From positions 704,001 through 768,000 of the forward strand of contig CAVSLV010000001.1 of assembly GCA_963728915.1 (NCBI GenBank): a stretch of DNA of 64,000 nt, read 5' to 3'. The translations under genes and the position numbers were made by a program. This document shows, one piece after another, positions 29,990 to 39,899 of this stretch. The stretch is from an uncultured Gemmatimonadales bacterium (GTDB lineage Bacteria > Gemmatimonadota > Gemmatimonadetes > Gemmatimonadales > GWC2-71-9). Within the stretch, counting starts at the first letter, position 1, and every line of letters starts with the position of its first letter. The notes under the pieces were generated by a model. It did no database searches. It saw only the letters and a list, made by a program, of their open reading frames with translations, and was not told the DNA's origin.

Positions 29990-31672
29990 ATGAGAACAGA
30001 CCGAGCGGCTTTGCTGGCCGCGTTTCTCCTCGCCGGGTGCGCCGGCGGGGCCCGATACGACGTCATCCTCCGGAACGGCACCATCTACGATGGAAGCGGC
30101 AATCCTCCGAGGACCGCCGACCTCGCGATCGCGGGCGACACCATCGCGGCCATCGGTGACCTGAGCCGGGCTCGCGCCGCCCGGGAGATCGACGCCCGCG
30201 GCCTGGCGGTTGCCCCCGGCTTCACCAACATGCTGAGCTGGGCCACCGAATCCCTGATCCAGGACGGCCGCAGCCAGAGCGATATCCGGCAAGGGGTGAC
30301 CCTCGAAGTGATGGGCGAAGGCGACTCGATGGGCCCGCTCAGCGACACCATGAAGGTGATCGCGAAGAATCAGCAGGGAGACATCAAGTACGACATCGCC
30401 TGGACCACCCTGGGCGAATACCTGGATTACCTGGAGAAGAAGGGGATTTCGACCAACGTCGCCTCGTTCATCGGTGCGACCACGGTCCGGGTGCACGAAA
30501 TCGGCTACGCCGACCGGCCTCCCACCCCGGAGGAGCTCGGCCGCATGAAGGACCTGGTCCGCCAGGCCATGGAAGACGGCGCCCTCGGGGTGGGCTCCGC
30601 CCTGATCTATGCCCCCGCCTTCTATGCGAAGACCGACGAGTTGATCGAGCTCTGCAAGGTCGCCGCTGCGTACCACGGCATGTACATCTCCCATATGCGG
30701 AGCGAGGGAAACCGCCTGCTCGAAGCGATGGACGAGCTGATCCGGATCTCGAAGGAGGCCGGCTTGCCGGCCGAGATCTACCACTTCAAGGCAGCCGGGG
30801 CGTCCAACTGGTCCAAGATGGACCGGGCAATCGCCAAGGTCGATTCGGCCCGGGCCGCCGGGTTACGGATTACCGCCGACATGTACACCTATCCCGCCGG
30901 GGCCACCGGACTGGATGCGTCGATGCCGCCCTGGGTGCAGGAGGGTGGGCTCCAGGAATGGAAAAAGCGTCTCCAGAATCCAGCGATTCGAGCCCGGGTC
31001 AAGCGAGAGATGCAAACCCCGACCGACCGCTGGGAGAATCTCTATCTCGGGGCGGGCTCGCCCGAAAAGATCCTGCTGGTCGGGTTCAAGACCGACTCGC
31101 TCAAGCAGTACACCGGGAAGACCCTGGCCGAGGTCGCGAAGCTCAGGGGCACCTCACCGGAGGAGACCGCGATGGACCTGGTCGTCCAGGATGACAGCCG
31201 GGTTGGAACCGTGTACTTCCTCATGTCGGAGGACAACATCAGGAAACTGGTCGTCCTCCCCTGGGTCAGCTATGGCTCGGATGAAGAGTCGTCCGCGCCG
31301 GAAGGCGTGTTCACGAAATATCAGCAGCATCCTCGCGCCTACGGCAACTTCGCCCGGGTGCTCTCGCAATACGTCCGGATCGAACGGCTGATGCCGCTGG
31401 AGGCCGCCATCCGGAAACTCGCGGCCCTCCCGGCGGAGAACCTGGGCATCCCGAGGCGTGGTCACCTCGCGGTGGGGAACTACGCCGACGTGGTGGTGTT
31501 CGATCCGGACAGGATCGAAGACCATGCCCGGTTCGACAACCCGCGACAGTATGCCACCGGCGTGGTCCACGTCTTTGTGAACGGCGCCCAGGTCCTCGCG
31601 AACGGAGAGCATACCGGCGCCACGCCCGGCCGGGTAGTGCGGGGACCCGGTTACCGAGGGCCGCGGCGGTAG
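29990..31672 (+). CDS. N-acyl-D-amino-acid deacylase family amidohydrolase, lipoprotein
   Basis: Lipobox LAGC; YDVILRNGTIYDGSG, APGF, SHMRSE, IYHFK, HPRAYGNF, ADVVVFDP, TGATPG. Confidence 0.9.
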   Translation: MRTDRAALLAAFLLAGCAGGARYDVILRNGTIYDGSGNPPRTADLAIAGDTIAAIGDLSRARAAREIDARGLAVAPGFTNMLSWATESLIQDGRSQSDIRQGVTLEVMGEGDSMGPLSDTMKVIAKNQQGDIKYDIAWTTLGEYLDYLEKKGISTNVASFIGATTVRVHEIGYADRPPTPEELGRMKDLVRQAMEDGALGVGSALIYAPAFYAKTDELIELCKVAAAYHGMYISHMRSEGNRLLEAMDELIRISKEAGLPAEIYHFKAAGASNWSKMDRAIAKVDSARAAGLRITADMYTYPAGATGLDASMPPWVQEGGLQEWKKRLQNPAIRARVKREMQTPTDRWENLYLGAGSPEKILLVGFKTDSLKQYTGKTLAEVAKLRGTSPEETAMDLVVQDDSRVGTVYFLMSEDNIRKLVVLPWVSYGSDEESSAPEGVFTKYQQHPRAYGNFARVLSQYVRIERLMPLEAAIRKLAALPAENLGIPRRGHLAVGNYADVVVFDPDRIEDHARFDNPRQYATGVVHVFVNGAQVLANGEHTGATPGRVVRGPGYRGPRR

Positions 31673-31680
31673 CTCCTTCG

Positions 31681-33798
31681 GTGATCGGCACCACCATTTC
31701 TCACTACGAGATCCTCGCGAAGCTCGGCGAGGGCGGGATGGGAGTCGTGTACAAGGCGCGCGATACCCGACTCGAGCGCCTGGTCGCCCTCAAATTCCTG
31801 CCCGCCGACCTGGCCCGGACCGAATCGGCCCGCCAGCGCTTCGTGCATGAGGCCCGGGCGGCCTCCGCGCTCAATCACCCCAACATCGCGACCGTGTACG
31901 ACATCGGCGAAGCGGAGGACGCGCGGGCCTTCATCGCCATGGAGTTCGTCGAAGGAGAGAGCCTGCGGGCCCGCCTGCTCGGGGGAATGCTCCCGATCGA
32001 GGAGGTCAGGCGCCTCGCCATCCAGATCGCCGAAGGCCTGGAGGCGGCCCATGCCAAGGGCATCGTGCATCGCGATATCAAGCCCGACAATCTGCTGCTG
32101 ACGCCCGAGGGGCGGGTCAAGATCATGGATTTCGGCGTGGCCAAGCTGGGAGCCGGCGCCGGACTCACCCAGGCCGGGACGATGGTGGGCACGATCGCCT
32201 ACATGTCCCCGGAGCAGATCCTCGGGGAGGCGGTGGATCAACGCAGTGACCTGTGGGCCTTCGGCGTGGTGCTGTATGAAATGCTCACCGGGTCCCTGCC
32301 GTTCGCGAAGGACCGCGAGGCAGCCTTGATCTACGAGATTCTCAATCGCGAGCCCGCCCTGGTCGATTCCCACCGCTCCGAAATCCCGGTGATGCTCCGC
32401 TCGATTGTGCGTGAATTGCTCGAGAAGGATCCCGCCCGGCGGCCCCCCGAGGCCGCCCAGGTCGCCGCGCGGCTCCGAGGCACTCCGGTCCCCGCCGTCG
32501 CGGCGGCGCCCGCCAAGTCGATCGCGGTGCTCTATTTCGAGAATCTGAGTCCGGAGCGAGAGAGCGATTACTTCTGCGCCGGAATCACCGAAGACCTCAT
32601 CACCGACCTGTCGCGGCTGCGCGAGCTCCGCGTGGTTCCCCGAAGCGACGTGCTCCCCTTCCGGAACAAGGAGGTGAACACTCGTGAAGTCGGAGAGGCC
32701 CTTCGGGTCACCTACATCCTGGAAGGGAGCCTTCGCAAGTCCGGGAACCGGATCCGCATCGCGGCGCAGCTGGTCAGCTCCCGCGATGGATACCAGATCT
32801 GGGCCGACCGGTTCGACGGGCTGGTCGACGACATTTTCGAGCTCCAGAACGAGGTCTCGCGCCGGATTGTCGAAGCGCTGAAGATCTCGCTCACCGATTC
32901 CGAGAAGCACTCGCTGGCCCGTAACCCGACCGACGACCTTCGCGCCTATGACTTCTTCATGCGGGGGCGTGAGTATCTCAACCGGCGGGGCAAGCGGAAC
33001 ACCGAAACCGCCATGCGGATGTTCGAGAACGCGCTCTCCATCGACGGGAAATTCGCCGCCGCCTTTGCCGGCCTGGCCGAAGCCTGCACTCACATGTATG
33101 AGTGGTACGACGGGGAATCCCGCTGGCTGGGACGCGCCATCGAGATGAACCAGGAGGCCCTGGTGCACGAGCCGGGTTCGGTCGAGGCCCGCTTCGGCAT
33201 CGCCATGGTGTACTTCCACCAGCAGCGTCTGGTCGAGGCCCGCCGTTCGCTGCTCGCCGTGCTGGAGGCCGACCCCGGCTTCTATCCGGCCCACCTCCGC
33301 CTCGGCATGCTGGCCGAGCGCACCCGGGATCATGCTGGCGCCCTGGTCTGGTTTCAGCGGGCCGCGGAACTGCGGCCCCACGACGAGGATCCCTGGCGAT
33401 ACCTGGCCGGCCTCCATCGGATCCTCGGAGACACCGACGCCGCCATCGAATCGGGACTCAAGGTGATCGAGATCCTCTCCCAGAAGCTCGAGGCAAGCCT
33501 GGAAGATCCCATCTTGCTCAGTCGTCTGGCGGAAGCCTATGCTCGATTCGGCGGGAAAGAGGAGGCGCACGCGGTGCTTCGGCGGGTCTTCGAGCTCGAC
33601 CTGGACGATGGCCTGGTGCTGTACCATTGCGCCTGTGCGTACGGGCTCCTCGGCGAGATCGACCACGCGGTCGCGTCTCTTCAGCGAGCCTGCGATTCCG
33701 GGTTCCGGGCCATCGCCCACGTGATCGAAACCGACGGGGCCTTCGCGGGGAGCCGGGGTGACCCCCGGCTGACCGGGTTAGTTGCCCGGCTGCGGTAG
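31681..33798 (+). CDS. Ser/Thr kinase with TolB-like and TPR domains (no obvious TM)
   Basis: GEGGMGVV, VALK, HRDIKPDN, DFG, GTIAYMSPE; SIAVLYFENLS..YF..GITEDLITDLS; TPR helices. Confidence 0.92.
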   Translation: MIGTTISHYEILAKLGEGGMGVVYKARDTRLERLVALKFLPADLARTESARQRFVHEARAASALNHPNIATVYDIGEAEDARAFIAMEFVEGESLRARLLGGMLPIEEVRRLAIQIAEGLEAAHAKGIVHRDIKPDNLLLTPEGRVKIMDFGVAKLGAGAGLTQAGTMVGTIAYMSPEQILGEAVDQRSDLWAFGVVLYEMLTGSLPFAKDREAALIYEILNREPALVDSHRSEIPVMLRSIVRELLEKDPARRPPEAAQVAARLRGTPVPAVAAAPAKSIAVLYFENLSPERESDYFCAGITEDLITDLSRLRELRVVPRSDVLPFRNKEVNTREVGEALRVTYILEGSLRKSGNRIRIAAQLVSSRDGYQIWADRFDGLVDDIFELQNEVSRRIVEALKISLTDSEKHSLARNPTDDLRAYDFFMRGREYLNRRGKRNTETAMRMFENALSIDGKFAAAFAGLAEACTHMYEWYDGESRWLGRAIEMNQEALVHEPGSVEARFGIAMVYFHQQRLVEARRSLLAVLEADPGFYPAHLRLGMLAERTRDHAGALVWFQRAAELRPHDEDPWRYLAGLHRILGDTDAAIESGLKVIEILSQKLEASLEDPILLSRLAEAYARFGGKEEAHAVLRRVFELDLDDGLVLYHCACAYGLLGEIDHAVASLQRACDSGFRAIAHVIETDGAFAGSRGDPRLTGLVARLR

Positions 33799-33843
33799 CC
33801 AGGATATTCTGGAGCGGTCCAATCCAGCGATGGAGCAGTCCCC

Positions 33844-34122
33844 ATGCCGAAATACGTCATCGAGCGCATCATCCCGGGGGCGGGAAAAATGTCTTCCGAG
33901 GAGCTCAAAGCCATCTCGATTCGATCCTGCGATGTGCTGAACCAGCTCGGCCCCAAGATCCAGTGGATTCAGAGCTACGTCACCGAGAACAAGATCTACT
34001 GCGTCTACATCGCCCCCAATGAAGACGTCGTGCGGGAGCACGCCAGGCTTGGCGGATTTCCGGCCAACCAGATCGCCTCGGTGTGCACGATGATTGATCC
34101 GACCACGTCGGAAAGCCACTAG
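33844..34122 (+). CDS. DUF4242 domain protein
   Basis: MPKYVIER, IQWIQSYVT..KIYCVYIAP..VREHA..GGFPAN. Confidence 0.88.
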   Translation: MPKYVIERIIPGAGKMSSEELKAISIRSCDVLNQLGPKIQWIQSYVTENKIYCVYIAPNEDVVREHARLGGFPANQIASVCTMIDPTTSESH

Positions 34123-34128
34123 TCGTCC

Positions 34129-36714
34129 TCAGCAACCCCGCCAGTCGCCCCCGGGGCGACAGCGCGCGGCTGGAAGGTTGGGGGGGATCAGGGCGCGAAT
34201 GCTGTCGGCCTCCTGGCCGCGCCCAAGATGGGCGAGCGCGGCCGCGAGCGGCGCCCGAATCCGCTCCTCCATGGAGTTGAGATCTCCGGTTGGGGGCAGG
34301 GCGGCCAGCGCCTCACGAAAGCGGCGTTCCGCCCGGGACCAGTCCTCGACGTAGGAACTGGCAATTCCCGCATAGAAGCTCGCGAAGACCACCGCGACCG
34401 GAACCTGTTGCGCGGCCACCCGTTGCAACAGGAACTCCGCGGCGGAGTCGGCTTGGGCGTAGCGGTGAAGCTGCCAGTCATTCACCAGGCGAGGGCCGCC
34501 AATCACCACCAGATCGTCGCTCGGCAGATCGGCCTTGGCCATGCCGACGCGCCACGCGGAGTCGGCGAGCAGGACCGCCCGGGGCCAGTCCCCGCGGGCC
34601 CGCGCCAGCTCGGCGCCCCGGGCGTAGAGCCCCGCCGCCTGAAGCCCAGTCGACCCATAACCCGCGATCGCCACCCGAAGTCCCTCGGTCAGCAGCGAAT
34701 CCGCGAGCCCGTAGCGGCCCAGCGTGACCAGGGCATTGATCCTGGCATGCAGGGCATCCAGGCGCTCCACGGCGAGCGGGGTATTGAGGGAATCCGAGAT
34801 GGCGATCGCGTGTTCGGCAATGGAATCGACGATCCGGGGATCGCGCCTGATCCACGCTACCGTCTGCGCCAGGAGCACCAGCGCGCTGGCGCGCGTCGGC
34901 GTGGGCGCCCGGGTCCGATCGAGCTCGAGCTTCCAGGCGAGACGCGCCAGAGAGTCGGCCTGCGCGATCTCGCCCTGCATGTACCTGGTGGAGGCCAGAC
35001 TGAGGATCCCTCGTGCGAAGAGATCCGCCCGGCGCTGCTCCCGCCCCCGAAGTGCGGCGAGCGCCTCCCGAATGTGACCCTCGGATGCCGAGGGAGCGGC
35101 CCGGTAGCGAAGGGCCCCAGCCATCTCGAGACTGGCCGCTGCGAACTCGTCGCTGGCCGGCCCATAGGCGCGCCGCGCCAGGGTGACCGCCGAATCGAGC
35201 ACCCGCTCGGCTTCCACCGGCCTGCCCTGTGCAGTGTAGTTGGTCCCGATCGAGGAATAGAGCCGGGCCCGGATCCCTTCGTCGTCGGGAAACTCGATCG
35301 GGATCTGGCGCACCAGGCTGTCCAGCAGTTGCGCCACGGTTCCCCGCGAGCCCAGTCGCGCGATCGGGTCGAGCGAGGAAGGGTCCGCCGTGGCGGCCCG
35401 AGCCAGAAACCCGGCCACCCGTTCCGAACGGGCCGCGGCAAGGCGGCTGGCGCGAGCCTGACTGAGCGAGATCGCCGTCGCGGCAATCAGCCCGACCATC
35501 GCCACCGCCACTCCCGCGACGAGCGAGCGACGCCGTCGCAGGAAAGTCTGGGCGCGGTAGGCTAGAGTATCCGGCCGCGCCAGCACCCGCTCCCGGCGCA
35601 GGTACCGCTTGAGGTCCTCGGCAAGAGCATCGACGGTGGCGTAGCGGCGGGTCGGCTCCTTCCGAAGCGCCATTAACGCGATCGCATCAAGCTCTCCTCT
35701 GAGGGCCTTCGCGAGCTGGCGCCGATCGGAGAATCCCCGCTGCCGAGCGACCTGATCGTCCTCCGCGTCGAGGGCGAGCTGGCTGGGAGGGTGGGGAGGA
35801 GTGTCCCGGATCACTTCGATGGCGGCGGCCGGCGAGAGCGCCGCGACTTCGAGCGGCGGCTTGCCGGCGAGCAGCATGGTCAGGAGTCCCCCCAGCGCGT
35901 ACACGTCCACCGAGGTGGAAGATTCGTTCCCCAGGACCTGTTCAGGCGCCGCGTAGGTGACCGTGAATGGGGAGAGCCCGGCACCGGTGAGCGTGCCCTC
36001 GCCCCGGGGATCGTCCAGGAGCTTCGCGACACCGAAGTCGAGCAGCTTGACCTGCCCGTCCTGGGTGACCAGCACGTTGGACGGCTTGAGGTCGCGGTGG
36101 ACCACAAGACTCCGGTGCGCATGCTGGACCGCGGAGCACACGGCCAGGAAGAGATCGAGCCGTGCGGGAAGCGAGAGGCCCTGGGCATCGGCGTGCGCAT
36201 CGATCGGGTTGCCGTCCACGAACTCCATCACAAGGTATGGAGTGCCTTCGTCGGTGCTCCCCGCGTCGAGGAACTGGGCGATCCCGGGATGCTGGAGGCC
36301 GGCAAGAATCCGTCGCTCCGAGCGAAACCGGCGGGCCAGCACGTCGCTGTCGGCCCCGCGCCAGATGGTCTTGATGGCCACTCGCTGCGACACGTGACCA
36401 TCCACCCGATCGGCCTGATAGACCGCGCCCATCCCACCACGGCCGATGAGGCCCACCACCCGGTAAGGACCCAGCACGCGATCGATCAGCGAAACCGGTG
36501 ATTCGCCTTCGTCGGGGTCCAGGGTTGCGAGCTGGGGACCGTGCTCGAAGCGTTCCCCGGCGCGGCGCTCCGCCGCAAGCAGTTCGGCAACTTCGCCCCG
36601 CAGCGAGTGCAGATCTGGAGCCAATGCGTCCAGCCGCCTGGTCTGCTCAAGCGGCTCGAGCTCGACCAGGGCATCGAACAGCGCGCGAATCTCCGGGTAG
36701 TCAGGCACCGTCAT
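34129..36714 (-). CDS. ECF-associated Ser/Thr kinase with TM and TPR-like C-terminus
   Basis: ATGA-coupled to ECF gene; GRGGMGAV, RFRSERRILAGLQHP, HRDLKPSN, DFG, YAAPE, LRGELDAI. Confidence 0.92.
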   Translation of the reverse strand: MTVPDYPEIRALFDALVELEPLEQTRRLDALAPDLHSLRGEVAELLAAERRAGERFEHGPQLATLDPDEGESPVSLIDRVLGPYRVVGLIGRGGMGAVYQADRVDGHVSQRVAIKTIWRGADSDVLARRFRSERRILAGLQHPGIAQFLDAGSTDEGTPYLVMEFVDGNPIDAHADAQGLSLPARLDLFLAVCSAVQHAHRSLVVHRDLKPSNVLVTQDGQVKLLDFGVAKLLDDPRGEGTLTGAGLSPFTVTYAAPEQVLGNESSTSVDVYALGGLLTMLLAGKPPLEVAALSPAAAIEVIRDTPPHPPSQLALDAEDDQVARQRGFSDRRQLAKALRGELDAIALMALRKEPTRRYATVDALAEDLKRYLRRERVLARPDTLAYRAQTFLRRRRSLVAGVAVAMVGLIAATAISLSQARASRLAAARSERVAGFLARAATADPSSLDPIARLGSRGTVAQLLDSLVRQIPIEFPDDEGIRARLYSSIGTNYTAQGRPVEAERVLDSAVTLARRAYGPASDEFAAASLEMAGALRYRAAPSASEGHIREALAALRGREQRRADLFARGILSLASTRYMQGEIAQADSLARLAWKLELDRTRAPTPTRASALVLLAQTVAWIRRDPRIVDSIAEHAIAISDSLNTPLAVERLDALHARINALVTLGRYGLADSLLTEGLRVAIAGYGSTGLQAAGLYARGAELARARGDWPRAVLLADSAWRVGMAKADLPSDDLVVIGGPRLVNDWQLHRYAQADSAAEFLLQRVAAQQVPVAVVFASFYAGIASSYVEDWSRAERRFREALAALPPTGDLNSMEERIRAPLAAALAHLGRGQEADSIRALIPPNLPAARCRPGGDWRGC

Positions 36715-37262
36715 CCCAGCGCTCGCTGCAACCAGCCCCGCGCGAAGGTCCATTCGCGCTTGGCCGTCGCCACCGAGATGTCCAGCACCTGGGCGGCTTC
36801 CTCGATGGACATGCCACCGAAGAAGCGAAGCTCCACCAAGCGCGCCGCTCGGGGATCCACCTCGGCCAGTCTCGTCAACGCATCGTCGATCGCGAGCAGC
36901 TCATCGGGGTCGGTGGACGGGGACGCCGCACCGGTGGTCAGCGGGACTTGGAGATCCCGCTGGCGTTTCACCGCTCCTCGGCGGCGGGCATGGTCTACGA
37001 GGATGCGTCGCATTGCCTGGGAGGCGACTCGGAAGAAGTGGGCTTGGTCTTCCCAGGTGGTGGCGTGGGTGCCCACCAGCTTGAGAAAGGCTTCATGCAC
37101 CAGCGCGGTGGCCCCGAGGGTGTGGTCGGTGCGTTCACTCTGAAGATGACGGCGGGCGACCAGGCGCAATCGCGCATAGACCGCCTCGAACAGACGGTCC
37201 ATGGCGTGGGGTTCCCCGCGGGAAGCTGCCGCGAGGAGTCCGGTGACCTCGGCATCGGGCAT
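36711..37262 (-). CDS. ECF sigma factor, ECF43-like (kinase-associated)
   Basis: VTGLL, HTLGATALVHEAFLKL, MRRILVDHAR, VELRFFGG, ATAKREW. Confidence 0.92.
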   Translation of the reverse strand: MPDAEVTGLLAAASRGEPHAMDRLFEAVYARLRLVARRHLQSERTDHTLGATALVHEAFLKLVGTHATTWEDQAHFFRVASQAMRRILVDHARRRGAVKRQRDLQVPLTTGAASPSTDPDELLAIDDALTRLAEVDPRAARLVELRFFGGMSIEEAAQVLDISVATAKREWTFARGWLQRALG

Positions 37263-37313
37263 GGGTTCCGGAGATAATACCCCGGAACCCGGATGCCCGC
37301 GAAAGCCTCGGCA

Positions 37314-37430
37314 TCAGGGAAGGGTTCCGCGCACCACCAGGGCGTCGTCGCCCACGGCGAGAATCGTGTTTCCCGAGATCGAGGCGGCACGGATCGTCCC
37401 GCTGAAGCCGTAAATCTCGTTTTCCGACCG
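37314..37430 (-). pseudogene. Possible 3' remnant of a beta-propeller protein gene
   Basis: Ends EIYGFSGTIRAASISGNTILAVGDDALVVRGTLP* with host-like codons; upstream sequence loses coding character. Confidence 0.35.
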
Positions 37431-37978
37431 CGACACAATGACGCTCGGGGCGATCAACGAGTTCCCGGTTTGAAAACGGATCCCGGAACATTCGGCATCG
37501 GAACCCAGGAAGAGCCATTCCATTGCAAGGCTCGGTTGTCGGAGGCGACAGTCCATTCGCAAAACGGCCCGGTGGTGAACTCTCAGCGACCAGGCCCCGG
37601 AGGGGTTCGCATCCTGTAGCGTCGTCGCGGCACTTGATGGAGGCGAGCTTCACACTGACGCTCTGGACGTCAAGAAGGTTCTCAACGGCGCCAGAAGACC
37701 CGATCAATCCATTGACAGTCCATGACATGCAAACCCAATGTCGTCAGAACTGGGATCTGATGTGATAACGCTCTGGAAATGATCGTATTACATAGTACCA
37801 AACGATCGGCGAGCCATGCGGTCTAACTCATGATTGACTAGTTCATCAACATGCTATGAAACCGGTTGCGCGCTGGAAATGGTCTCCTCCTTGCCCATAC
37901 CATCAAGCGTCGGAACCAACCCGATCGACCTTTCACCGGGCCCTCGTATGAGAGCCCCAATTTTGGAGGAACGAAACA

Positions 37979-38644
37979 ATGCGGTTGCCCCATTTCACCC
38001 GGCTGCGGCTTTCTGTGGCGGCCTTGCTGCTGCTCGCGGGCTGCTCGGACGTGCCGAGCGTGGTCGCGCCCGTGAATTTCGGGATGACCGCGGAAGAGAA
38101 GGCCACCAAAGACGCCCTCAACGATGCCAAGAAAGCGGCCGAGGATCGCTTCAAGGCGGAAAAGACCCTGAGAAAAGCGGAGTTCGACCAGGCCCGAAAA
38201 GACTGGGAGAGCTTCAAGAAGGGTCTCGAGGTGGCCAAGAAGGCCGGGAGCCTGACATTCGACCTGCTTCGCTGCGAGCCGCAGGAATACGACGGGCATG
38301 CCGAGATCATCGGTTCCAATGGCGGAAGCATCAAGGTGGGTGACCACGAGCTCCGGATTCCGAAGGGCGCCCTCGATAGCGATGTGCTGATCAGCATGGA
38401 GCGGCCCGTCTCGGATCTCGTCGAGGTCAGGCTCGAACCTCACGGACTTCACTTCAACAAGACGGTCAATCTCGAGCTGAGCTATGCGAAATGTGTCCAG
38501 CCGCTGAATTTCCGGCCCTTCATCGTCTACGTGGATGATCTCCAGGAGACCATCCTCGAGGTGGAGTGGTCGAGCGACAAAAAGGGGCTCAAGACTGTTA
38601 CCGGCGACCTGGAGCACTTCTCCCGCTACGCGGTGGCCTACTAA
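37979..38644 (+). CDS. Lipoprotein with ZU5-like domain
   Basis: GGAGG RBS; lipobox LAGC; IIGSNGGSI...LRIPKGAL...LEPHGLHF...HFSRYAVAY. Confidence 0.75.
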   Translation: MRLPHFTRLRLSVAALLLLAGCSDVPSVVAPVNFGMTAEEKATKDALNDAKKAAEDRFKAEKTLRKAEFDQARKDWESFKKGLEVAKKAGSLTFDLLRCEPQEYDGHAEIIGSNGGSIKVGDHELRIPKGALDSDVLISMERPVSDLVEVRLEPHGLHFNKTVNLELSYAKCVQPLNFRPFIVYVDDLQETILEVEWSSDKKGLKTVTGDLEHFSRYAVAY

Positions 38645-38788
38645 CCCGCATCGGCCTGGCAGGAGCACCGCCGGCGCTTTCCTTCTCCCCGGAGCGCCGG
38701 CGCTGTGCTTTCCGGGGCATTCTCCCGCGGCCGGCGTAGCGACTCTTCGGCCGGTCCGGCGACGGTGATGATACCGGTGCTGCCGCCG

Positions 38789-39826
38789 CTAGTTACACTG
38801 ACCGCTGGTGAGGAACCAGCACCGTGAGAAGGGAGAATCCTTGAAGTAGCTGAGCAGCAGATGGCCGACCTTCTCGACTCCGGAAGGAGAAGGATGGGTC
38901 CCATCATCCCGGAAATCGGTTCGCACCCAGTAGAGCCCGTCCGGACGCGACACGGTTCCATTCGCCCACAGGTCGGGTCCCCAGCCCATCCACGGCGCCA
39001 CCTGGGGACCCAGGTTGCCGGCCCTTGGGTCCACCGCACCGGTCGCCTCCTGGTTGATCTGGGCGGCAATCGCCCACTTCACTGCGAATCCCGACTCGTA
39101 GGCGAAGGGCTCGGGGTTGAGCATCGTCGATGCATACCCGCCGTAGCTCCGATTCGAGAGAAACATGAGCTGCAGATTGGGATAGCGGACCCGGAGCGCC
39201 CGGGCAATCGAGCCAATCTGACCCATCAGCGTGAACCCATCCGCGGTTGGATCGGGAAGCGACACGCTGGGTTGAGAGTTCGCGACCTTGACCCAGGCAA
39301 CTTGAACCTGCTGCTCGGTCACGCCGAAGCGGGCCAGCCGGGTGTCGCGTACCCGGTCATAGTTCGGATCCGAAGGAGAGTCCCAGGTATCGGCGGTCTG
39401 CCCGCCCGCGGCCCCGTCCACCAGCACCAGCGTAGTCCGCTGCACGGACGGGTCGCCGAGCGCCTGGGTGACGAAGGTGCCGGTCACGCACGTGTTCGAG
39501 GCGTCGGGATTACAGAACTCCTGGGTCGTGTTCGACATCCCGATCGATACCAACACGATCTTCCCTGTGCTGCTGGGAGACCCGTTCGCGCCGAGCGGCC
39601 GTACCGCCCGGGCGCGGTCCAGGCCCGCCGAGCGATGGCCCGAAGGCACCAGGGACCCTTCCGGGTACTCCCCACCGGGGAATCCGAGGTAGGTCCAGTT
39701 CGTCGCATCCGACAGCGGATGCGTCGGCACCAGGTCGTTGACCGGCGGTTCATCGTTGCCCCCGTCATCGGTGGGCGCGCTGTTCGAGCAGGCCGCCACC
39801 GACCCAAGGGCAATCAGGAACGCCAT
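38789..39826 (-). CDS. Lipoprotein, SGNH/GDSL-hydrolase-like
   Basis: Lipobox VAAC; VSIGMSN (block I variant), DGTHPS (block V); start uncertain. Confidence 0.65.
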   Translation of the reverse strand: MAFLIALGSVAACSNSAPTDDGGNDEPPVNDLVPTHPLSDATNWTYLGFPGGEYPEGSLVPSGHRSAGLDRARAVRPLGANGSPSSTGKIVLVSIGMSNTTQEFCNPDASNTCVTGTFVTQALGDPSVQRTTLVLVDGAAGGQTADTWDSPSDPNYDRVRDTRLARFGVTEQQVQVAWVKVANSQPSVSLPDPTADGFTLMGQIGSIARALRVRYPNLQLMFLSNRSYGGYASTMLNPEPFAYESGFAVKWAIAAQINQEATGAVDPRAGNLGPQVAPWMGWGPDLWANGTVSRPDGLYWVRTDFRDDGTHPSPSGVEKVGHLLLSYFKDSPFSRCWFLTSGQCN

Positions 39827-39899
39827 TCGGACGCCCCGGCTGGCGAAGAACCGAAAAAGCTGCCAGCATTCACCCTCGTCTTTTACCGGAATCGGAACC

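Noticed and set aside
31651..33720. Long antisense ORFs (also 57212..59182, 60359..62143, 55041..56630, 7037..8503, 50597..52129)
   Set aside because: Mirror frames of well-supported genes, expected in high-GC DNA; no recognisable motifs.
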